A DNA stretch of 63,705 bases, filler included, from Octopus bimaculoides (GCF_001194135.2; 7 parts of 6 records of this genome joined end to end with filler, not necessarily neighbours in it); one strand, 5' to 3'. Shown: positions 14,270 through 27,169, counted from the whole stretch's first letter. The notes: generated by a model from the letters alone, not told the origin. Program-made: numbers and translations.

Positions 14270-14773
14270 TATATATAACTTTGTATATGTATGTGTGTGT
14301 GTGTGTGTGAACACGACGAAGACATTACAATTACTATCACCACCCCACCACTAACTCCATCCTCCACCACCACAAACAACAACAACAACAACAACGACAT
14401 CAACAACAGCTTCAGTATCACCGACACCAGTACTTCTAGCACCAACATCACCAGCATCATTATTATCATCGTCATCATTATTATGATAATATTGGCAATG
14501 GCAATGATAACTATCATGATAATGAGGATTACGAGAATGCGAAGGAAGACGACGACGACGTTGGTAATGATGATGATGACGATGACGAAGTTTATGATGA
14601 TGATGATGATGATGATGATAATGATGATGATGATGGTGGTGGTGATGGTGGTGGTGATGTTACTGTTGCTGCTACTGAATATAATGGTGATGGCTTTTAT
14701 TCTTTCGAAGATAACGGAAGATTTTGATATAATGATATAATGATAATAGCGACGGCGACAACAACGACTACAG

Positions 14774-14805
<32 letters not shown>

Positions 14806-14990
14806 GTGGTGGTGATGATGATGATAACGACTACGACGATGACTGTAATGATGATGATGATGACGTAGAGGAGAAGGCGAAATAGGAGGATAATGACGAA
14901 CGTAACACCAACAGTAACAACAAATACGTTAAATGCTCAAACTCACAATAACAATAGCAACACGACCAACATCGTCATTGTCACAACATT

Positions 14991-15028
<38 letters not shown>

Positions 15029-15090
15029 GTAACAACAGCTACAGCAACATTAACAACAACAACAACAACAACGACGACGACGACGACGAC

Positions 15091-15121
<31 letters not shown>

Positions 15122-16672
15122 GGTATTATACAGCAATCTCTTAATCTTTTTGTGGTGCGTATTATTTTGTTTGTTTGTATCTTAACTGGTACTTTAACGC
15201 CATTTTCTAAGGTGTGATATATTCATCAACGACATTAAATACACCGCAGGGTATATATATTTATATTTCCCAAAAACAAACAGCTTACACATTGGACCCA
15301 ACCAGTTTAAACCTATACACTCACAAAAGCTCAGACACAACACATACGTATATGTGTATGTGCAAGTGTGTGTGTGTGTATATATATATGTATATATATG
15401 TGTGTGTGTATATATGTGTGTGTATCTATATTTATATGTATATATATATATATANNNNNNNNNNNNNNNNNNNNNNNNNNNNNNNNNNNNNNNNNNNNNN
15501 NNNNNNNNNNNNNNNNNNNNNNNNNNNNNNNNNNNNNNNNNNNNNNNNNNNNNNNNNNNNNNNNNNNNNNNNNNNNNNNNNNNNNNNNNNNNNNNNNNNN
15601 NNNNNNTATATATATATACATATATATGTATATATATGTGAGTGGGTACGTATGTATATGTGTGTATATGTATATATGTGTGTATATATATATATATATG
15701 TTTACACGCTGGTGGATGTATACATATATGTATAATTATGTGTGTAAATATACTTATAAATATATACATAATGAGTGTGCGTGATACCTTCTTTCTTACT
15801 CTAATCTCTTCCGCTATATTGCTTTCACTCTACAATTTAATACTTTTTATCATGATCCTGATGTAGACATATGCGTATAAACATAACATTAAACAAACAC
15901 AATGAAACCTGTATATCCTCCTATACATATAACTATATGCTTGTGTGTATAATATATAATGTTTGTGTATGTCCTTATATGTGTGTGTGTGTATTTGTGT
16001 ACGTATTTGTTTGTATGTATGCATACATGTGTGTATGTATGTATGTGTTTGTATTCGTGTCTGTACATTAAATATGCAGATATGTGGACATCCATGTCCT
16101 CCTAACGCTTTGCTATTTGTTCCCTTCTGTGTATCACTTCTACTTTAGTTTTCTGTTGTTTCTCATTTCCTTAATCAATGTATGCACCCCTACAGCCCTA
16201 CACTATACCGTACACACACCCAAAGACAGAAACACACACACACACACACACACACGCACACTCATTGACACATGCGCATACGCCTTCGTTCACTTTGTTT
16301 TTCTCTGTCTCTCTCTGCTACTCTCTATATCTTAACTCCTAACACCAGCCTCTCTCCTTCTCATATATCGTTCTATTTTTAATCCACTTCACACTCACAC
16401 ACACACGGTACATAGTATATACCCCTTTGTCGCCAATTAATTGTACATTGGCTGATAGAATTATTTGATATTTAAGAAACGTGTCTATGCGTTAGATAAA
16501 AGATTGGATTCTGATGGTGCGATGATAAGACCGCATACTGACAGTGACGTCACCACTACGTCCTCCTACCTTCGCGAGATTTCGTCCGATCTTTTGCATT
16601 GTAGCCAAACAAATGCTATACATATATGCATATCATAGACACACACATCATACAAACACAAATACATATAAG

Positions 16673-16714
<42 letters not shown>

Positions 16715-16747
16715 TCTGTATATATTTATATGCCCATATATATATAC

Positions 16748-16828
<81 letters not shown>

Positions 16829-17021
16829 GACCTGGTTGTGTAAATTTGCGTGTGCACGTGTACTTGGATGAATGTATCTGCTTGAGAGAGTCTTCATATG
16901 TTTATAAGGAATTTGCAGTGAGTTCAATGAAAACACATAGGATTTTATTACCTGAGTTCTTGAGACGAATATAGACACAGTTATGGAGTTATCGGGGTAG
17001 TTTGGAGAATTACGTGTTATT

Positions 17022-17250
17022 TCTTTACTCCCCACAAGGGGCTACACACAGAGGGGACAAACAAGGACAGACAAACACGGATTAAGTCGATTATATCGAC
17101 CCCAGTGCGTAACTGGTACTTATTTAATCGACCCCGAAAGGATGAAAGGCAAAGTCGACCTCGGCGGAATTTGAACTCAGAACGTAGCGGCAGACGAAAT
17201 ACCGCTAAGCATTTCGCCCGGCGTGCTAACGTTTCTGCCAGCTCGCCGCC
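17022..17250 (-). mobile_element. SINE family D (GGCGGCGAGCTGGCAGAA head; GCCTTTCATCCTTTCGGGGTCGAT domain resembling Nin/Deu)
   Basis: B-box-like GAGTTCAAATTCC; many copies in the window. Confidence 0.88.
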
Positions 17251-17507
17251 GTAATTGGAGATTTACGTGTATGATTATGTGCATGTCCGTTATTACTATT
17301 GTGTATTGTATGCGCGTATGCGTGAGTATGTAAAATTATTTCTTAGAAAATTTATTGCTTATCATTTCAAGCTCGCGTGTACATGTGTATTTGTGAGTGG
17401 CAGTGCACGTGTGATGGCATGTTTCAGTGTATGTGTCTGTCTGTCTGTATTTATGTATGTATGTATGCATGAATGTATGTATGTATGTATGTATGTATGT
17501 ATGTATG

Positions 17508-17545
<38 letters not shown>

Positions 17546-17558
<13 letters not shown>

Positions 17559-17738
17559 GAGAATATACAAATAATAACAACAGACGAGGACAGGTGGTGT
17601 AAATAACAAAAGTATATATTAGTATGACGCTCGGGAATACGGAAAGTCTTTGACGTTTCGAGCTACGCTCTTCAACAGAAAGAATACGGAGACAAGGAGA
17701 AAAACACGGAGAAAAAAAAATTGAATAGTGTTCAGCAT
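17546..17738 (-). mobile_element. PLE terminal fragment
   Basis: Same family; abuts (TA)n on one side and a clipped mariner TIR on the other. Confidence 0.8.
17647..17683 (-). ncRNA. Minimal hammerhead-like motif, CUGUUGA variant
   Basis: Minus strand reads TCTTT-CTGTTGA-A GAGC GTA GCTC-GAAAC-GTC-AAAGA: perfect 5-bp stem I, 4-bp stem II and ACGT palindrome in place of helix III. Confidence 0.65.
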
Positions 17739-18966
17739 CCCATAAATAATGCGGTTTTTATTATACTTTTATTTTTCCAAATTTAGATAAACAAAGTTAT
17801 TTTTTGATGCAAAATATCCTCTCCTTTATTTTTGCTACAATGCCCTTCCATCTATCTGGTAGACTTGCAAAGTACTTCTTCCAAAATCCACTTGTCCGCC
17901 GATATAAAATACTCCTCCACTACTGTCCTGACCTCGTCTACTGAATTCATATTTGTTCTGCCCAAATGGTTTTGAAGACAGCGGAATAAATGATAATCAG
18001 ATGGGGCAGTGTCCGGGGAATATGGTGGGTGAGGCCTTTGAAATGTCATCCTCGCTGTATGTGACCGAGCATTATTCTGATTGAAGAACACCTTTCATCT
18101 TGAAACCAAGAATGGGCCTTTTTCTTCTAGTGCTGACTTAAGCCACTCAAGCTGCTCGCAGTAGATCTCATTTGTTACCGTTTAGTTTGAGTTTAAAAGT
18201 TCAAAGTGGACTAAACCTTGCATATCTCACCAAAGAGATAACAACACCTAATGTGGGTGAAGACATTCTTTAACTTTGGGTGCCGTTGTTTCTTCTTTCC
18301 CTACCCACTGTTTTCGGCGCTTGACATTTTTATAGAGAACCCATTTCTCCTCAGTAGTCACTATTCGGTCCAAAAAAGTTTCAATAGTGAGACGTGACAG
18401 CAAAGAAGAGCACACATTCACTCTCTGCGCGTGATTAGACTCGGAAAATTTGAGAGGGACTCATTCACCCAATTTTCCGATGGTACGCAGCTGTCTATGA
18501 ATGGTTGAATTACTAAATCCAAGCTTCTCTGCTTGTTCCCCAACATTTAAGATAGGATTTTGTTCCACCAGGGTTTGCAGGACATCCTCGTTGAGATCTA
18601 CTAATCTTCCAGGACGAAGTTCGTCTTCTAAACTGTAGTTTCCGGCTCGGAATTTCTAGAACCACCGTTAACACTGCCCTACGCTTATCGTCCGATCTCC
18701 ATATACTGCATTAATATTCCTCGCACTTTCCGTTGCGTTGTTGATTTTATTGAACTCATACAGCAAAAATATGCCGAATATACTTCCTTTGTCACTTCCA
18801 TTATAGCTTTGAAAAAATAGCTTAACATCGAACTGCACTCTTCAAATCTTACACTAACAATAAGTATCTGGATTTATAGCAAGTTGATGCAGGCAGTTTA
18901 TCCCATCCCTCTCCGAATTTTAGTTCATGAAAGTGACAAAAGCGCATTATTTATGGTATGGCCCAA
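17736..18966 (-). mobile_element. Near full-length mariner (DD34D) with a disrupted transposase
   Basis: TIR cores CATCCCATAAATAATGCGGTTTT and CATACCATAAATAATGCGCTTTT. The ORF from the ATG at 18801 reads MEVTK...ARNINAVYG...EDELRPGR, then ...PHPPYSPDTAPSDYHLF..., with several stops and frameshifts. Confidence 0.92.
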
Positions 18967-19135
18967 TATATATGTATATATGTGTGAGTGCATGCATATT
19001 CATGGGTGTTTATGCACATATATGTATATACATATATACATATCTGTGTGTGTATATATATATATATATGTGTGTATGTGTGTGTCTGTGTATATATGTA
19101 TACATATATATGTATATATATATATATGGGAGATT

Positions 19136-19247
19136 ATACAAAAAATAACAACAGACGAGGACAGGTGGTGTAAATAACAAAAGTATATATTAGTATGACG
19201 CTCGGGAATACGGAAAGTCTTTGACGTTTCGAGCTACGCTCTTCAAC
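19136..19247 (-). mobile_element. PLE terminal fragment, near-identical to 17546-17676, cut by an N gap
   Basis: I count two mismatches to the 17.5-kb copy. The HHR core is truncated by the gap. Confidence 0.75.
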
Positions 19248-19299
19248 NNNNNNNNNNNNNNNNNNNNNNNNNNNNNNNNNNNNNNNNNNNNNNNNNNNA

Positions 19300-19600
19300 T
19301 AAAATTAATAATTAACAATTTTGCCGGATAGCTCAGTATGAAAAAACCTTTTCGGTAAAAAGCATTTATAATCATAAATATATAGGGATTGACAGTAACC
19401 TGCTTCTCCAACATACTGAGAATTCAGAAATAGCAGTCAAAGAACTACTGATTTCAAAACTACAAATTATTACTCCAGATTGATAGCGATATTTTTGATA
19501 CACACAGAATAAAAAACAGTAGAGAAGAGTAAAAAACCCACCTGCCTTTAGTTAATTTAGTACGATCGTTTCACAGCTGATCTTCAGCTAAATATTCCAA
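19300..19600 (-). mobile_element. Second-family PLE terminal region carrying an intact HHR
   Basis: Contains the HHR at 19555-19593. Its left part distantly resembles the AGGATAAA repeat family. Confidence 0.45.
19555..19593 (-). ncRNA. Intact-core minimal type I hammerhead ribozyme
   Basis: Minus strand reads ATTTAG-CTGAAGA-TCAGCTGT-GAAAC-GATC-GTA-CTAAAT: perfect 6-bp stem I, canonical core, palindromic GATC loop and GUA triplet. Confidence 0.8.
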
Positions 19601-19621
19601 TAAATATATATATATATAAAT

Positions 19622-19652
<31 letters not shown>

Positions 19653-19827
19653 TATATGTGTGTGCATGTATGTATGTATCTATCGACTTTTTACACACTC
19701 CATTTGCCAACGTTACAACTATTAGATAATTCAGAGACCCCAGAAAGAGCTGTCGAACATTAACAATCGATTCCCTCTCTCCTTATCATCGTAATTTCCT
19801 CTATGTTTTGTACTCCATGTAAATCTT

Positions 19828-20136
19828 TTCAGCACTTCTAGCAACGTCATCTACTGCATCTTCTGGTCTCTCTCTCCTTCTCTGTACATCGGTCAAACGG
19901 GACGCCACTTGGCCGACCGGTTCGCGAAACAACTCCGAGACATCAGACTCGGCAATGATACCCTGGTCTCGCGCCATTTCTGCTCTACTGGTCATTCTTT
20001 ACAACACCTGTCTGCGTTCGGCTTGTCCTCGCATAGGGGCCATCCGGACTCCCGTCTTCGCCGTGAACAGGAATTAATCTTTTCTCTTCGCACTTTTGCA
20101 CCACATGAGCTCAACTCTCCTTCACTCTTCATCTAA
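19828..20136 (+). pseudogene. PLE GIY-YIG endonuclease fragment
   Basis: The frame extends upstream of the listed ORF: FSTSSNVIYCIFWSLSPSLYIGQTGRHLADRFAKQLRDIRLGNDTLVSRHF...REQELIFSLRTFAPHELN. It shows the VIY-YIG motif, the conserved Arg, E-x2-LI and the terminal N. The two Cys of the usual CxxC are mutated. Confidence 0.9.
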
Positions 20137-20774
20137 CACCCCTCCTCTCTCCTGTCTTCTTCTCACATCTACTTCCTTTCTCTCCCACCCTCATCTCCTT
20201 TCTTGCTTTGACACCTATTTCCTCTCTTCACTCTTACCCACCTTCCCCCTTCCACCCTCTCCTTTCATCGTCACCCCTCCATCGTTCCCCACCCATACAC
20301 ATTCCAACCCCACTATCGCTATACATCCCATCCCACACATTCCACACATTCCACACATTCCACCCCACCCCACCCCTATTATCGCCCTCATCCCAACACA
20401 CACCACGCCACAGACCACCACACAACACCAAACCAGCACCACCACAACACACACCTCTATACCACACCACACTACACCACATCAGACCATCCTGCACACA
20501 CTAGCACTGACCACTTCCCAGCACCTACATCATCATCCATACACTTACACACGCACACACACACACACATCAAGGTCACCAGCTACTCTCCACACGCACA
20601 TACACGCTCTCACATACACACACACACACACGCACCTTCGTTTTAGGATCACCGCTTCTTTATTGTCTCCCCTTCTTGCTAGCTCTCCTATCTGACTACC
20701 TCAGTCTGGCATTCGCCATGATTCATCGCTAGCCACTAAACCTTTTTTGTATCTTCTCTGTTTATTTCTGAGTT

Positions 20775-20812
20775 CCTTTCTGTTGAAGTGCGTAGGCTCG
20801 AAACGTAAAATA
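20775..20812 (+). ncRNA. Minimal hammerhead-like motif, CUGUUGA variant
   Basis: CCTTT-CTGTTGA-AGTGCGTAGGCTC-GAAAC-GTA-AAATA, about 640 bp downstream of a GIY-YIG ORF on the same strand. Confidence 0.6.
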
Positions 20813-20914
20813 CTTTCTCACTTCCCGAGCGTTGAACTAATACATCTATTTCTTGTTTACACACCCGTCTTCGTCTTTTGTTTTGTTTGTTGTTTCTTTA
20901 TTGTAAATTCAAAC

Positions 20915-20954
<40 letters not shown>

Positions 20955-21067
20955 TATATAAATCCATACATGCANNNNNNNNNNNNNNNNNNNNNNNNNN
21001 NNNNNNNNNNNNNNNNNNNNNNNNNNNNNNNNNNNNNNNNNNNNNNNNNNNNNNNNNNTATATATAT

Positions 21068-21305
21068 AATTCAATAATAGGATAAAGTCTTTATAAGAAT
21101 TTATCAAGTAGTTAGTGTGAAAAAACCTCATAAGGGAAAAAACCATCATTTATCCCTATAAATATATTTAATTTATATCAGGGCATTACTATACAATAAC
21201 ACCTCACGCTAAGAGGGACTCTAAAATTCAAACTACTATAATAAACACATGTTTACCGATCGCAAGGGAATGCAGCTCTCAAAGTTAACCCCCTAAAAAC
21301 TTTTA
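21068..21305 (+). repeat. Unclassified interspersed repeat, AGGATAAA family (copy 1 of 4)
   Basis: Homologous copies at 42448-42655, 58505-58737 and 59009-59210. Confidence 0.75.
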
Positions 21306-21307
21306 TG

Positions 21308-21354
<47 letters not shown>

Positions 21355-21540
21355 CAAATTTTAAGGAGGGAGAGAAGACAGATTAGTTTATCACCTTCCT
21401 AGTCCGGCCAATACATATTGAATCTAGGAAACTTGAACTTTGATATTTGCTCAATATTTTGAGCCCTTCCGAGTTATTTCGTGGAATACACTCTTTTATT
21501 ATTTAATATATATATGTGCTTATAGCCACATATTATATGC

Positions 21541-21542
<2 letters not shown>

Positions 21543-21635
<93 letters not shown>
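21543..21635. repeat. (GT)n microsatellite
   Basis: Direct reading. Many other (AT)n, (GT)n and (AG)n tracts occur across the window and flank most N gaps. Confidence 0.95.
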
Positions 21636-21637
<2 letters not shown>

Positions 21638-24459
21638 CGTGCACGCGTGCGTGCGTGTGAATGCGCACACTCATATTCTACGTCAGTCTCCTACTACCCT
21701 ATATCTATCGTCAATAATCTCTGCAATTTTCAAATATTTTTCAATAAAACCCCTCCCTCTTCCTCTCTCGATATCGTTTTCTCCCACGCATTCTCTCTCT
21801 GTCTCTGTCTGTTCGTTTCTCTCTCCGTCCCTCTCTATTTCTCTTTATCTCTTACTATACCCCCACCCGTGTCTCACTACTATATTAATCGATAATCAAT
21901 GTCACACAAAATCTAAAATCTCTCTTTCTCGCTTTTTTTTTCATTTCTCTTCGCTGTGTTACTTTCTCCTCCCACTACTGTCTTCTTAATTAAAAACATC
22001 TTACTTTCAAGTCCTTTCTATTCCCTTAATGAACATGTCTCATAGCTGACCTTTCACGTAATGAACATATGAACATGTCTCACAGATGACCTCTGCACCT
22101 AATCTAACAGTAGCAATCGTCACAGCACCTCAAACGATATTTTAACCCTGCAATATTAATGTCAACACTTCAAAACTACAAAATGCTATTATCTAGTCAA
22201 TCTCTCACCCCGCTCTCTCTCTTTTCCTTTCATTCTCTGTCTTTGAGAATTGTGAAATAAAATGTAACGTAAAAAGATTAATTTCGAAACAGAATAGAAT
22301 CAAAGCAAAATATAATTCACGGGATGTCAACAAAAATATTGTAAGTTGCAAATACAACATTGCAGGAATAAACATAAACCAAAAAGATGATTTCAAAACC
22401 TAGTATTCAACAATACAACAATATTCATATGAGGTAACAATAAAATAAAGCAGCAGAATACAGAAATGAACAGAAACGAAGCTAGCATAAAAAAATGTAA
22501 AATAAAATCCAAATACTCAATCTACAACGATACAACAGGGGTAATAGCGATTACCAGAGAACTGGTTCATATTTCAATGCCTAGGCCATTCGATGCATGG
22601 TTGTGCACTGACCTGCAGGTCGCCGCTAGTGTTCTCCGTGGTCTATGTTCTCCCTAGTGTCAGTTGGCAGCTTTCACGGCCTCATAATAGAGTTAAAGCT
22701 TTATCATTCGTGTTCTTATCCGTCTTGCCTTTCTTCTCAGGAGCAGCCATCTCAATGGTGTTTTGCGAATATCATATCGTCGGTTTATCTACACCTTGTC
22801 ACGGAGTTTTTGAGAAAATACCCCTTAAAAGATTTCCGCCCTGTGTTTCTGATATGATCATAGTATTAGTGATGGTCATTCTTGTGATTTTATTCATGCA
22901 TCTTCGATGTAACACAACCAAGGTTTTGGTGAAAATTGTAGATTTTTTCCCACGTGAAACGGAATGTCACCTGACCTAGATTATCCAATGAATGCCCCTT
23001 TACTAAACTACTATTTTTTTAGGGAAACTGGGTTGTAATTTTTAGCAGATAATGTAACGAGGTTGAGGTCTCCCTCATATAATTATGTTTGTTTGCTTCC
23101 ATTTTTTGTTTTGTATTTGTTTTCTTTTATTGGCAGAGACGTTGGCTCGTCGTATTGAATATTTTGCAATATCATTCCTGATACTTTGTGTTCTGAGATC
23201 AAATCCTACCGATGTTTGTTTTACCCTTCGTCCTTTTGTGATCAATAAAAATGTACTCATCCAGAGCAGCCAATTCACGGAATTCAAAGAATTCTTGTCG
23301 GAAAATTTAGATGAACTCTACTAAAGGCACCTAAGGACCAAATGTTGAATACTGAACTGGATGATGAATTGACACACACAAATACAATCCGTCAGTTCAG
23401 GCGGTCTTCTTCGTAGTTTTCATCAACACAATTTCGCTGAATTGACACAGGTCGTTACCAGCCGAACTTGCCGTGTAGTTATACCAAACTCTGAAATGTA
23501 TGATTACAAAGTGACCTTCTTTATTACGAGGCCATTGCTTGTACGTATAGAGTATATGAATAAATAGTGCTTAAGAATATATATTTAGACTTTTCAAAAA
23601 CAAATGTAATATTCTCTTGAGAGAACATATGGTCCTGAAATTCGACCCTAATTTGATAACCAAACAGATTTAGCAAATTCTATTCAAAGCTGTAAACATA
23701 TAAAGGAACTACAAATTGAATCTCAGAGCTAGAGATAAGTATAAAGAACTTGCCAACAGTATCAAAAGAATTCTATAGGTTGTCTTATTTATATACTATT
23801 TGTTCTTAATACTGACATAGTTTAGTTAACGACGACATCTAATAGAAAAGGACATTCCAGTCGTGAACGTTCCATATTTTTTAAAGCATAGTATTTCAAC
23901 GACTATATTTTCTAGTATATCCTCTTCCTCGCCTTTAGACAACGTTAGTGTGTGATTTGAGATTTACCAGATTCTGTTTTTAGTAGATCAAATGACTACC
24001 TTTCTATTTTAAAATTCTACTTTCTAATTTCTCCCTTATTTGGAATCAACATGGAAAAGGTTAATACGACCCATACCAAATTTGAACCTGCAAAGCGTCT
24101 ATTCCAAGTCGGTTATCATCCAGAAGAAACAATTATGTGATTCTTATCTCTGCCTCAAATCGATTACTTCTATATAGTGTGTACCAGACAGTTATACTTC
24201 ATGTTAAACTCTTCCTAATTGGATTTAAAAACAGCTCCTGATTTTGGAACCTTCATTGTTCTTTTAGTCATAAGAACAATAATTGAAGTGCATACTACTT
24301 CAATTACATATTCTTGGGCCTAATTTACCAAACGCTTCGCCTGTTTTTATCCATTTATTTATTTCGCTATTTGTCCGGCATTAAATAGCAATTCTAAATA
24401 TATTTACGACACTATTTCCCAAATGGCGTTCCCCTCATGAATAAATGATTTCAATGTTC

Positions 24460-24497
<38 letters not shown>

Positions 24498-24522
24498 AAT
24501 AATAATAATAATAATAATAATG

Positions 24523-24609
<87 letters not shown>

Positions 24610-24709
24610 NNNNNNNNNNNNNNNNNNNNNNNNNNNNNNNNNNNNNNNNNNNNTTAATTAATTAANNNNNNNNNNNNNNNNNNNNNNNNNNNNNNNNNNN
24701 NNNNNNNNN
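24610..24709. other. Assembly spacer 44N-TTAATTAATTAA-44N (artefact)
   Basis: Identical 100-nt blocks also at 46143-46242, 55381-55480, 57627-57726, 59806-59905 and 62545-62644. Confidence 0.95.
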
Positions 24710-24810
24710 TATATATAGATAGATAGATAGATACAAGCAGGCGTAGAGTTATACACACACACACACATACACACATATCAAAATAAGCAACATGGATATC
24801 CAGAGGTAAT

Positions 24811-24895
24811 GCAGTACGATCGTTTCATGCAACTCCATTTAATTGAACAATGCAATCATTTCATCAATTTAAAATGCAGAGCAATCCTCAGCTGC
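24811..24895 (-). ncRNA. Type I hammerhead ribozyme with extended stem II
   Basis: Minus strand reads GCAG-CTGAGGA-[58-nt imperfect hairpin]-GAAAC-GATC-GTA-CTGC: canonical core and 4-bp stem I. Confidence 0.7.
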
Positions 24896-24982
24896 CCAAA
24901 GACATAGAATTTAATTAAATTAGAACATATGGACACATTAGTATAATTATACCTAAAATCTCCAAGAAGTTAAGGAGATAGA

Positions 24983-25047
24983 CAAAGAACATGCTGTCTC
25001 ACTCCAGTTTTGAAGTTCTAAACTGGAGTGACACAGCATGTTCTTTG
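24983..25047. repeat. 28-bp hairpin (27/28 match) with 9-nt loop
   Basis: CAAAGAACATGCTGT(C/G)TCACTCCAGTTT and its reverse complement. Confidence 0.9.
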
Positions 25048-25051
25048 CATT

Positions 25052-25834
25052 AGTAATTCAAAGTGAATTACTCCTTTGCAATACCACCAGATAGAGAGAA
25101 GAACCTTTATTCCATGAAGTTCCCTTCTCGGTTGTGGTTGAGCTTTTCCCCCTTTACCAAACAAACCACTGTTTACGACGTTTAGCATTTCGATAGAAGA
25201 TCCATTTTTCGTCACCAGTCACAAGTCTGTCCAAAAAGGGTGAAATGAGTTCGCGAGAATGAAGAGAAGAGCAGATGTCAACTCGGAATTTGCGGTTACT
25301 TTCGGACAGTTCTTGAGGAACCCATTTTCCAAGTTTAGGAACCAGTCCAAGTTGTTGAAGATGACGATGAACAGTTGTATGGTTTGAACTAAGCTTTATT
25401 GCCAATTCTTCAACTGATAATGCAAGATTTTCTTCAAGTAATGCCTCAAGGAGCTTATCATCAAACTCAACTGGATGTCCTGTTCGATCTTCACCTTCAA
25501 GGCTGAAATCTCTACTTTTGAATTTTGCAAACCATCTTCTGCAAGTTCTTTCATTCGAGCATTTTTTCCTGAGTGTATGTTTCGAGTCGCTTCGGCTGCA
25601 GAGTTTCCTTTTTTGTACTCATAAAGCATTATGTGCCTTAAATGCTCTTTGGATACTTCCATGTTAGAAAGAGCATTAATCAAAGAAATTTTAATTCTAT
25701 TATTCTGTAAAATAATATTTAATTAGTTTAAATGTACACAAATGCATAAAAATAATTTTAAATTCCATTAGACATTCTAAAATACTATTAAATTTCATTA
25801 AATTTTAAAAAAAGGTAAAATCGGACAAAGCTTA
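25052..25834 (-). mobile_element. Mariner fragment (5' end and N-terminal two-thirds of transposase)
   Basis: MEVSKEHLRHIMLYEYKKGNSAAEATRNI, GKWVPQELS, DRLVTGDEKWIFY and KVLLSIWW are present with frameshifts. The 3' part is missing. Confidence 0.92.
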
Positions 25835-26465
25835 TATATGTGTATGTGTGTGTGTGTGTTTGTGCATATATATTCTATCATTCTTTTATGTTTCAGCCTT
25901 TAGACTGCAGCCATGCTAGAGCACCGCCAGTATGGGGTGTTGATTGTATGTGTGAATGTATGTATGTGTGTGTGTGTGTGTGAGTATGTGTGTGTGTGTG
26001 TGTGTGTGAGTGTGGATGTTATTGATCAGGTTAAACAGTATATAGAGTAATAATGCGATATTTTCTTCATTACCTACGTTATATGTAAAAGTAAACTATT
26101 ATAATTACAAACTCAGATTTACCACATTCAGAATAAGACTCCTGGAGCGGACAGTTATGCTTTCACTGCTGAAGAAGGCTGGATAACGTTGCAGTAAACC
26201 TATCAAATTCATTCTATGAAATACACACTGTCTCAGTTTCACCAACGCTCTGTCATTAGAAAAGTATTCGTTTCGTCTCTCCATTATTTTGTTTCATTAT
26301 TTTCTTCAGCTTTCTCCTCTTAAGTTATTCGTCATTTCTTGTAACATCCCTGTTTATTTTATCTAAATATTGACGCTTACTGAGAATTTATGTAAAAACA
26401 TAAATTGGCAGGACGATATGTGCGTGTGTGGGAGTGTGTATGTATGGGTGTATATACGTATGTCT

Positions 26466-26509
<44 letters not shown>

Positions 26510-26656
26510 GCATATACACACACATACATATATATATATATATCAATGTATGTTTTTATGTTGAGTAATAATAAAAACAATTTTCTATGAATCTGATGGG
26601 TTACTCTATTCTTTTGTAGAATACAAATTTCTTATTTTTATACAAGAATGTTGATG

Positions 26657-26700
26657 ACAGTGACTTCGAAGTTTCGGCCAGCTAAGCCCTCATCGAACGA
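26657..26700 (-). ncRNA. Degenerate or truncated hammerhead-like motif
   Basis: Minus strand reads TCGATGA-GGGCTTAGCTGGCC-GAAAC-TTCGAA-GTC with a palindromic helix III. The 5' arm of stem I is lost next to a microsatellite. Confidence 0.4.
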
Positions 26701-26963
26701 TGTGTATGTATGTATGCATGTATGTATGCATGTACGCATGTATGTATGTATGTATGTATGTATGTATGTATGTGTATATAAATATATATATACACACACA
26801 CAGACACACACACATATACACATACATATATAAATACACATATATAAATACACATATATACATACATAGACACACAAATATACATACATACATACATACA
26901 TATATACATATATATATATACATATATATATATACATATATGTGTAAGTGTGTGTGTGTGTGT

Positions 26964-27169
26964 GCAGGCGTGGCTGTGTGGTTCCGGGTTCAGTTCCTCT
27001 GCGTGGCACCTTAGGCAAGTGTCTTTTAGCATACATATACGACGGACTTCTCACAAGGCTTTGGTCGGCCCGAGGCAATAGTGAAAGACACTTGCCCAAG
27101 GTGCTACGTAGAGGGACTGAACCCGGAACCATGGGGTTGGGAAGCAAGCTTCTCACCACACAGCCACGC

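Larger units (their letters stand above)
19828..20925 (+). mobile_element. 5'-truncated PLE 3' end (endonuclease, pyrimidine/CA-rich UTR, HHR-bearing terminus)
   Basis: GIY-YIG ORF end is collinear with a low-complexity UTR and then a terminus of about 200 bp that recurs four more times in the window. Confidence 0.8.
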
